Assembly (NCBI GenBank): GCA_038823825.1 | Contig: JAWBCC010000001.1 | Span: forward strand, 420,001 to 452,000 | DNA length: 32,000 nucleotides | Source: Candidatus Hadarchaeales archaeon | Lineage (GTDB): Archaea > Hadarchaeota > Hadarchaeia > Hadarchaeales > Hadarchaeaceae | Reading direction: 5' to 3' | Shown: positions 25,767 to 32,000 of the stretch, piece after piece | Layout of the letters: each line of letters begins with the position of its first letter | How positions within the stretch are numbered: position 1 is the stretch's first letter | Notes under the pieces: model-generated | Databases searched by the model: none | Told to the model about the DNA's origin: nothing | The model's input: the letters and a program-made list of their open reading frames with translations, nothing else | Translations under genes and position numbers: made by a program

Positions 25767-26753
25767 TCACTTTTTCCATTCCCTTGGATATGTTCCTGGT
25801 TGCATTACCACCCTTTCCGGCTTAGCTACTATTCCATATTCCGCTTCAAGGATCTGCTCAGTATTCATGACCGCCCTCGCAAGTTCAACTAATTCTCCTT
25901 TTAACGTCATTATGGCTACAAGAGAGCCGATAGCTATATCTGAATCAACAGCAACTACGCCAGGAGCCGCTAAGCTTGCACCATGACACAAAGCATCGAC
26001 AGCACCATCTCTTACCACTATTTTTGGAAGATGTTCGACAGCAGTTTCAACTGGCAGTATTACTTTTCTCAGCTCCTCTTCGTCTCCATTTTCTTTCCAA
26101 AATGCATAAGCATCAGCAAGGTCCTGCAGCTTCACAGAATTTTCTTCCTTAAAAGGTCCAGTTTTTGTTCTCCTCAGCTCCTGCATATGTGCACCACATC
26201 CAAGGGCTTCTCCGATATCATGGCAGAGTTTCCTCATGTATGTTCCGGCTTCGCAACCAACCTTCATCAGAACATTTTTGCCCTCAATTTCTATCGGTTC
26301 GATGTAGTAGATCTGCCTTTTTCTAATTCTTCTTTTCACGGCTGCTCTTACGGGAGGCCTCTGAAAGATTTCTCCGGTGAACTCTTTGAGAACTTCCAGA
26401 AGTCTGTCCTCTGGAACATCTTTGTGAAGAACCATCAAACAAACATACTCTTTACCCGCTGGTTGTAATGCCATAATTACTTTCGTTGCATCTTCGATCG
26501 CGATCGGAAGAACTCCGCTGACTCCCGGATCAAGTGTACCACCGTGGCCCGTCTTCTTGACATTCAGAATTTCTTTGACCCAAGCTGAGACTTCGTGAGA
26601 AGTTGGTCCGCGTGGCTTGTCTAGGTTTATAATACCTAGTCTGATAAGCTCTGAAATAGGTCTTCTGTCTGGCCTACAACCATATTTCGGATCAGACACG
26701 TCCTGAAACTTGAAGAAAGTTTGTCTCTTTACCTCTGAAGGCAAGACACCCAA
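25767..26753 (-). CDS. cbf5: H/ACA RNP pseudouridine synthase Cbf5 (TruB family) with PUA domain
   Basis: INLDKPRGPTSHEV and GHGGTLDPGVSGVLPI (catalytic Asp), plus a C-terminal PUA domain. TTG start, 7 nt downstream of AGGTGA. There is no in-frame ATG near the conserved N-terminus. Confidence 0.92.
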   Translation of the reverse strand: MGVLPSEVKRQTFFKFQDVSDPKYGCRPDRRPISELIRLGIINLDKPRGPTSHEVSAWVKEILNVKKTGHGGTLDPGVSGVLPIAIEDATKVIMALQPAGKEYVCLMVLHKDVPEDRLLEVLKEFTGEIFQRPPVRAAVKRRIRKRQIYYIEPIEIEGKNVLMKVGCEAGTYMRKLCHDIGEALGCGAHMQELRRTKTGPFKEENSVKLQDLADAYAFWKENGDEEELRKVILPVETAVEHLPKIVVRDGAVDALCHGASLAAPGVVAVDSDIAIGSLVAIMTLKGELVELARAVMNTEQILEAEYGIVAKPERVVMQPGTYPREWKK

Positions 26754-26759
26754 AAAATT

Positions 26760-26990
26760 TCACCTTATGCCGAGATCATTGAGTTTTTTCAAAATTTCCT
26801 CGTCGGGTGTATTCTTATTTATGTCTATTTTTTTATCCGTTGGTTCCAGATGTGCAATGTTACAACGTCTCTTTCTGACTCTTGGACCGATGACCACAAC
26901 GAAGTTCCTATCAAGCACGTCCACTATCACGCATTTTTCGCCGGCCTCCCTACCCGCGATTTTCACGCAAACCCTTCCGATTTCCATCAT
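26760..26990 (-). CDS. rpl14e: 50S ribosomal protein L14e
   Basis: KOW-type MEIGRVCVKIAGREAGEKCVIVDVLD. A GGAGG SD lies upstream. Confidence 0.9.
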   Translation of the reverse strand: MMEIGRVCVKIAGREAGEKCVIVDVLDRNFVVVIGPRVRKRRCNIAHLEPTDKKIDINKNTPDEEILKKLNDLGIR

Positions 26991-27528
26991 TTACCTTCCT
27001 CCCAAAGAGTATTGCGCGCGTAACTGTCCATATTATCTCCTTCATCTTCTCGATAGATATTTTCTCGGTGTTTAATACGATATCGTAAGGGGAGTAGTCC
27101 GACAGATCAATTCCATAGAATTTTTTGAATCTTTTTTCCTCGCTCTTTTCGCGCTTCACTGTCTCCCTCAGCACGTCCTTATAAAGTCTTCCTTCTCTCT
27201 CGGCGATTCTCTTTACCCTCGTCTCAAGCGGAGCCGTCAGAAGTATCTTTAAATCTGCGTTTTCCACGAGCCATCCAGCAAGCCTTGCGTCCACCAACAC
27301 GTTGCCTTTCTTAGCCTCCTCGATCGTCCTCCTGTCTATTTCCTCATCGATCTTCTTGTTTCTTTCCGCATACTTAGAAAAATCTTCAAGTGACATGCCC
27401 TTCTCTGCAGCCATTTTTCTGAATATCTCGCCGGCTGATATATATCGCAGACCCAGCTTTTTCGCGAGAAATTTAGCCACTGTGGTCTTGCCTGCACCGT
27501 GGGGTCCACTTACGGCTACAACCACCAT
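26950..27528 (-). CDS. cmk: Cytidylate kinase, archaeal type
   Basis: P-loop VAVSGPHGAGKTTVAKFLAKKLGL..ISAGEIFR. ATG at 27528; the track start at 27531 is a TTG. The 3' end runs 41 nt into rpl14e. Confidence 0.88.
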   Translation of the reverse strand: MVVVAVSGPHGAGKTTVAKFLAKKLGLRYISAGEIFRKMAAEKGMSLEDFSKYAERNKKIDEEIDRRTIEEAKKGNVLVDARLAGWLVENADLKILLTAPLETRVKRIAEREGRLYKDVLRETVKREKSEEKRFKKFYGIDLSDYSPYDIVLNTEKISIEKMKEIIWTVTRAILFGRKVNDGNRKGLRENRG

Positions 27529-27533
27529 CAAAA

Positions 27534-27791
27534 TCAGACCCTTGCCAGCTCCTTGATTATCCTTCTAGAACATGACGGACAGAGATTTCCTCCGTAAGGC
27601 CTGTTTGGTCTCCTAGAACTTCTGGGAATTTTTGAAAGTTCTGATGGTCTAACCCGAGGAACCCCGGCAAGAATGGCTCCACACATGCCACATCTGGCAG
27701 GTTTTGCGGCCACTTTGCCTATGTGAACCTTCGATTTGCCCCCAGGAGTTTTCACAAACCGCTTAGGTGCTCTTCTCTCGCTTTTTTTCAT
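27534..27791 (-). CDS. rpl34e: 50S ribosomal protein L34e
   Basis: KTPGGKSKVH...ARCGMCGAIL...RPYGGNLCPSCSRRIIKE. Confidence 0.92.
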   Translation of the reverse strand: MKKSERRAPKRFVKTPGGKSKVHIGKVAAKPARCGMCGAILAGVPRVRPSELSKIPRSSRRPNRPYGGNLCPSCSRRIIKELARV

Positions 27792-28633
27792 GTTTTCACC
27801 TCGGTTTGCTGTGGTTTACTCGGTTTCTGGATGCTTGGCACTAGGATGGGTCTGAGAAGAACGGAAAATGCCATAAAAGTCAGAAAATACCACCAGCCAA
27901 AACCACACGCAACCCATTTTCCATAGATTGGCAGACTGAGGCTAAAAGGAAGCCAAGTCACTACCCACCCGCTAAAAGCTTTTGCCAGCACAACCCACAA
28001 GATTAGAAGAGGTACAAGATAGTAAATCGATGGTTTCATCGTCTCGGACATTATAATCGTCTGCATCCTAGAAATCTCGGGCTTTCTCTGGTCTAGCTTG
28101 AGCAATCTTTTTCTGTCTTGTTTACGGAGAGCATCTCTATATTCGTTCCAGAATTCTGTCACTTGTGCTTGATAGTTGGAAACCAGCTCCCAGTTGACAA
28201 CCCATTTGTTTGCAAGCGTGACTAGGAGCGAAAGCAGAAATGTCAAAAACAAAATGAATACTGAAGAAAACTTGTGAATCGGCGAAATCGACATGCCCAG
28301 CTTTTCTCCAGCTTTGACTATTTCTTCCCTGAGAGAGCGGATATTTTCCTCCACTGGTCTTGATGATAAACTGAGTTCAGAAAATCTGGACAAAATCTGC
28401 TGGTTAAGCTCGTTATCTACGTTTTCCAATTGTGGTGCTATGTCTTGGCGATAGAGCTGCTCAATTTGTGAGAGACGAGCTCCCAACTCCTCACCCTTCC
28501 GAAGGCTAACGATTGTCGAATCTATTCCTCTCATGATCTCTGCAATCCTATCGTCACTTTTAGCCGAAACACCTATCGCCGTCAGCGCAATTACGGCCGC
28601 TATCAACACGATCGCGGTTATCAACTTTTTCAT
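27788..28633 (-). CDS. DUF106/EMC3-type (archaeal YidC/Oxa1-like) membrane protein with an N-terminal extension
   Basis: The C-terminal ~167 aa show the DUF106 layout: TM, a charged coiled segment (EFWNEYRDALRKQDRKRLLKLDQRKPEI...MKPS), then two TMs. The gene sits at the conserved adk-DUF106-L34e position. The N-terminal 113 aa are extra, comprising a signal-anchor and a helical region. ATG at 28633 overlaps the adk TGA (ATGA). Confidence 0.75.
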   Translation of the reverse strand: MKKLITAIVLIAAVIALTAIGVSAKSDDRIAEIMRGIDSTIVSLRKGEELGARLSQIEQLYRQDIAPQLENVDNELNQQILSRFSELSLSSRPVEENIRSLREEIVKAGEKLGMSISPIHKFSSVFILFLTFLLSLLVTLANKWVVNWELVSNYQAQVTEFWNEYRDALRKQDRKRLLKLDQRKPEISRMQTIIMSETMKPSIYYLVPLLILWVVLAKAFSGWVVTWLPFSLSLPIYGKWVACGFGWWYFLTFMAFSVLLRPILVPSIQKPSKPQQTEVKT

Positions 28634-29205
28634 TTTAGCACCTCCACTATATTCTCTACAGCCTCATTTAACCTCCCCTCACGGTTCTGAACGATCTTTA
28701 TCGCGGCTCCGGTGAAAGCGGCATATGCCATTGCTATGGCTCTGTTCATCTGCTGATGCTCGTCTATTTCCTCGAGTCTGTCCTGGTCTCGCATTCTGTC
28801 CATATCTTTCTGTCTTCTACCAAATATCTCGGCCGGTTCTGCTTCAACGAGTATCAAAACATCTGGCCTCAATTCTTCTAGCACCCAAACAGGAAGACCT
28901 GGATAATATCCCTCGGGCTTTTTTATCAAGCAATGCGTGTCCACGATCACATTTGATTCCTCTGCCATCTTCGCGATTTTTTTCCCAGCTTCCCTCTGAA
29001 TCTTCCGATAAACCAAGGTCCCTATTTTTCTCATTTCATCTCTGTGTTTAACGCCAAGTTTTTCCGACATTATCTCGAACATAACATCTCCGTAATTGAC
29101 CACCTTATACTTTACACCCATTGTTTCAAGCCTTCTGAGAGCTTCTCTCATCACCGTTGTCTTCCCACTTCCCGGCACTCCTGTTATTACCACAACTCTA
29201 TTCAC
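28630..29205 (-). CDS. adkA: Adenylate kinase, archaeal type
   Basis: P-loop VVVITGVPGSGKTTV and archaeal Adk length. GTG start 6 nt downstream of AGGAGGT, overlapping the 3' end of secY. Confidence 0.9.
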   Translation of the reverse strand: MNRVVVITGVPGSGKTTVMREALRRLETMGVKYKVVNYGDVMFEIMSEKLGVKHRDEMRKIGTLVYRKIQREAGKKIAKMAEESNVIVDTHCLIKKPEGYYPGLPVWVLEELRPDVLILVEAEPAEIFGRRQKDMDRMRDQDRLEEIDEHQQMNRAIAMAYAAFTGAAIKIVQNREGRLNEAVENIVEVLK

Positions 29206-30535
29206 CGAATAACCTCCTGACAGCGGGGAACATTTCCGCCAACTGTTCTCTCGCCATTTGTTCGTAGAGAGAGTATATTATTCCGACAGTCAGAAGAATG
29301 CCTGTTCCGCTGCCGGGTGTTCCCAGCATGTCTGCACCCAGCGAAATCAATGCAACTGCTAGCGAACCGAGTATGGTCGCAGGTATTAGGTATTTTCCGA
29401 TGACTGCCTCAAGGACTTTTGGGTCCTTTCTGTACCCTGGAATCGTCATGCCGGATTCATCGAGTTGCTGTGCGATGTCCTTCGGCGACATTCCGGTCAT
29501 ATATATCCACATCAAACCAAAAGCTACGGATAGGGAAATCAAAAGAATTCCATAAATTAAAATCCTGAGTGGATTAGCCAGGACGTCCCACACGCCGTTT
29601 GGTGGATGTACAAAATTGCTTAACCACTGCGCTCCGACCAGAGATGAGAATAGCCTTATGTTTGCGAAAATCGTCATGGCAAGGATAACTGGAATATTCG
29701 AGGTGTAGAGGAACTTTATCGGATATCTTCCTCTCATTCCTCCGTATTTTGCCAGCGTCACGGGCACCTCCACCCTAACACTTTCGAGATATACCACGAC
29801 CAGAAAGATTAGGATAACTCCAACAACGCCCATCATATTGACTGGGCCTGGCGCAAAGAATGCGCTGAGTGGATTCTCTCCTGCCATCACGTCCCTTATA
29901 AAAACTGGTATCGCTCCGGTCCTCAAATTGAAAGTCTGCCAGAATACTGTCATCGCAACTCCTCCGGCTATGAAAAGACTGACCCCACTGCCAAATCCAT
30001 ATTTCGAGACAATTTCATCGAGATATATGACAATTATTCCACCTAGCGTTAGTTGGGCGACTATGGCAATTCCGGCTAAACTCGTAAGCTTTACGCCATA
30101 TCTCCCAGCTAGAACAAGCATGGTTCCCTCAAATATTGCCATCAGAATCGCCAGAAGCTTCTGAGAACTCGTAAACACTGCCCTATCTTGTGAATCGGAT
30201 AGATCCAGGTTGATTATCTTACTCCCTACGAGCAACTGCATTATAATGCCGGCAGTGACTATCGGGCCTATACCTAACTCCATCAAGGTTCCAGTCTGAC
30301 TAGCGAACACAAACCTGAGCTGGCCGAGCAGTTCGCTAACTCCGAAACCCTTAGGTATCCCGTAAAGCGGAATCTGTGCCATGACGAAAAAAAGAACAAG
30401 AGCAAGAATCGTCCAAAAGAACTTCTCTTTAAACGAAACGTGACGCTTTGGAACCGAAATCTCCGGAAGTTTTCTTAAAATGGGTTCAAAAGCGTAAAGC
30501 TTCGAGCGTGGCTTTTCGGTTTCCTCCGCCATCAT
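29198..30535 (-). CDS. secY: Preprotein translocase subunit SecY
   Basis: The 445-aa protein has ten TM segments and the SecY pattern. It sits at the conserved L15-SecY-Adk position. Confidence 0.95.
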   Translation of the reverse strand: MMAEETEKPRSKLYAFEPILRKLPEISVPKRHVSFKEKFFWTILALVLFFVMAQIPLYGIPKGFGVSELLGQLRFVFASQTGTLMELGIGPIVTAGIIMQLLVGSKIINLDLSDSQDRAVFTSSQKLLAILMAIFEGTMLVLAGRYGVKLTSLAGIAIVAQLTLGGIIVIYLDEIVSKYGFGSGVSLFIAGGVAMTVFWQTFNLRTGAIPVFIRDVMAGENPLSAFFAPGPVNMMGVVGVILIFLVVVYLESVRVEVPVTLAKYGGMRGRYPIKFLYTSNIPVILAMTIFANIRLFSSLVGAQWLSNFVHPPNGVWDVLANPLRILIYGILLISLSVAFGLMWIYMTGMSPKDIAQQLDESGMTIPGYRKDPKVLEAVIGKYLIPATILGSLAVALISLGADMLGTPGSGTGILLTVGIIYSLYEQMAREQLAEMFPAVRRLFGE

Positions 30536-30972
30536 TAGTCACCGGTTGAAACCCGTCCACCAGCCTCCTCTATTTTTCTTCTGGCCTCGCTAGAGATTTT
30601 ATCGGCTATTATCTCCATCGGGTGTTTGACTTCACCTCCACCCAAAACCTTCGAAAACCCAAGCTTCCTAACATCTATTTTATAGATATCTCCCTCCTTG
30701 GTCGCGAGCCCCTTTTCGACAAGCTCCTCTATTCTCTCATCGAGCTCTCCCACATTCACCGCTTCCTGCTCCCTTCTGGTAGGCGGAAAGAACCCGTGCT
30801 TTCCGAAATAATCCGGCGCGTAGTGGATTATGTATGACCACTTATGTTTGTGACCACCCGCCATTCCTTTACCGCCCCTCTCGCCGCTACCTCTTCCCCG
30901 CTTCGCACATCCTCTCCCGTGTGTCCTGCTGCCCCTCTTTTTCTTCACTTTCTTCCTTCTTCTTACAACCAT
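30535..30972 (-). CDS. rpl15: 50S ribosomal protein L15 (uL15)
   Basis: Gly/Arg-rich N-terminus RGSRTHGRGCAKRGRGSGERGGKGMAGGHKHKW. Preceded by the SD GAGGTGA. Confidence 0.93.
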   Translation of the reverse strand: MVVRRRKKVKKKRGSRTHGRGCAKRGRGSGERGGKGMAGGHKHKWSYIIHYAPDYFGKHGFFPPTRREQEAVNVGELDERIEELVEKGLATKEGDIYKIDVRKLGFSKVLGGGEVKHPMEIIADKISSEARRKIEEAGGRVSTGD

Positions 30973-30981
30973 CTTTTCACC

Positions 30982-31443
30982 TCATACCATCCGTTTGATC
31001 AGATCGTTTATTTTATCTCCACAGTAACCTAAGCTTCCACCTTCGCTCACAGATTTTTTCGTGGACTTGTACCCCTTTCGCGGAGGATGAAGACGGAAAA
31101 CTCTTTTAAGGCCCGGAAGCTGTCGGATGGAGATTTTGTCCGAGCAAATTGCCTCAGCTATCTCTCGAAATGAACTGAAACCCCAAGATTTGAGGGTTTC
31201 CTCATCGATTTTTCTGTTCCCGATCAGTCGTCCTCTTTTTGCTATCAAGATTTCTAGCGTTTCCGGATTTATCTCCCCCCAAGTTATGTAATCTTTTGCC
31301 TTTTGCAACATGCCCATTAGAGACGGCGTATCATCAACGATCACGCAGTGATTTACTCTTGTTAGCCCTAACATTCTGAGAGTATCTATCACATCTCCCC
31401 TCGCCCGTATTCCTCCTCGCACTCTAACTACTGCCAGTTTCAC
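30982..31443 (-). CDS. rpl30: 50S ribosomal protein L30 (uL30)
   Basis: [26 protein letters not shown]. There is no ATG. GTG 31443 gives the family-typical N-terminus. The alternatives are GTG 31452 and TTG 31470. Confidence 0.9.
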   Translation of the reverse strand: MKLAVVRVRGGIRARGDVIDTLRMLGLTRVNHCVIVDDTPSLMGMLQKAKDYITWGEINPETLEILIAKRGRLIGNRKIDEETLKSWGFSSFREIAEAICSDKISIRQLPGLKRVFRLHPPRKGYKSTKKSVSEGGSLGYCGDKINDLIKRMV

Positions 31444-32000
31444 CGGAAACACCCGCCCTACCAATGACAACGTTCCTAAGCTGATCTAGGGATGCTACCC
31501 TCGTAGTGTTTTTTAGAGCGCTGAAAGTTGCGAAAGCAAAGTTAATGGTCGTACGAGTCTCCCCTTCCGTATGGGTCCAAGCATCCTTTATCCCACTAAG
31601 TCTCAGGATTATCTTTGGAATCTCTGCCGCGACCAAACCCAGTCCTCTCGGACCGGGTTTTATTCTGATTATTGTGCTACCATTTTTTCCTTCTACTTCC
31701 CAAGGTACAGAATGTGGTCTGCCGCACCTGCACTCCCAGCTTCCACAACCGCGCGCGATCTCCGTTATGTTGAGTTTGGCGGCTGCGGTGGCCTTCCTTA
31801 TGGCTTGGCTGATCTCTCTGGCTCTGCTTTTACCCACACCGATCAATCCGTCTCCATTTCCCACAACTGCGACGACCTGATATCTAGTCCTTCTCCCTGA
31901 CTTGTGCATACGTTGTGTTAGATTAATGGAGAGAACTTCCTCTTTAAGATCTGGAACAAGGGCATCTACTATCTCCGGTTCCATAATTTTCTTCCCAGAG
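31424..32000 (-). CDS. rps5: 30S ribosomal protein S5 (uS5); the 5' end probably lies beyond the window edge
   Basis: [12 protein letters not shown]...[30 protein letters not shown]. The frame stays open upstream of ATG 31984 to nt 32000 (..[12 protein letters not shown]), and archaeal S5 normally has ~40 more N-terminal residues. Confidence 0.9.
   Translation of the reverse strand, partial: SGKKIMEPEIVDALVPDLKEEVLSINLTQRMHKSGRRTRYQVVAVVGNGDGLIGVGKSRAREISQAIRKATAAAKLNITEIARGCGSWECRCGRPHSVPWEVEGKNGSTIIRIKPGPRGLGLVAAEIPKIILRLSGIKDAWTHTEGETRTTINFAFATFSALKNTTRVASLDQLRNVVIGRAGVSGETGSS

Noticed and set aside
1-32000. CRISPR arrays, IS elements, prophage or defence-system genes
   Set aside because: I noticed no spaced direct repeats. 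No nuclease, helicase, methylase or ATPase ORFs remain unaccounted for. Every ORF above ~100 aa other than the two island genes is assigned to a housekeeping family.

Overview
Archaeal chromosomal segment, almost entirely coding: 43 CDS called. I found no rRNA, tRNA, CRISPR array, transposase or integrase. The archaeal assignment rests on Alba, PriS/PriL primase, PCNA, TFS, aIF2-alpha, Nop10/Cbf5, e-type ribosomal proteins and archaeal-type adenylate and cytidylate kinases. Mer, CofE and CofD (F420 metabolism) plus a form III RuBisCO suggest a euryarchaeal, methanogen- or Archaeoglobus-like lineage, but that is inference only. Most of the window is conserved housekeeping clusters. (i) 10.7-17.0 kb (-) is the known archaeal replication/translation cluster: TFS, an OB-fold protein, PCNA, PriL, PriS, GINS51, L44e, S27e, aIF2-alpha, Nop10, PAC2. 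(ii) 17.0-20.7 kb (-) carries Dph2, Csl4, a 63-aa ORF, RpoL, DUF99, signal peptidase and Nudix. (iii) 20.8-24.4 kb carries mer divergent from cofE-cofD-PHP. (iv) 25.8-32.0 kb (-) is the tail of the ribosomal-protein/SecY operon: S5, L30, L15, SecY, Adk, DUF106, L34e, Cmk, L14e, Cbf5. The ORF track misses Nop10 (55 aa, GTG start), and many of its ORF starts are TTG/GTG over-extensions that I trimmed. The only clearly accessory stretch is 959-4882, between aroA and albA. It is an AT-shifted pair of convergent, overlapping genes for a 1047-aa secreted protein and a 261-aa membrane-anchored protein. Both are very rich in Trp and Tyr, and neither has a family I can recognise. This is the best candidate for something undescribed, but I cannot assign a function from sequence. 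Secondary points of interest: a DUF106/YidC-like insertase with an unusual ~113-aa signal-anchored N-terminal extension, an orphan but apparently catalytically intact form III RuBisCO with its own promoter, and two compact bidirectional TATA elements.
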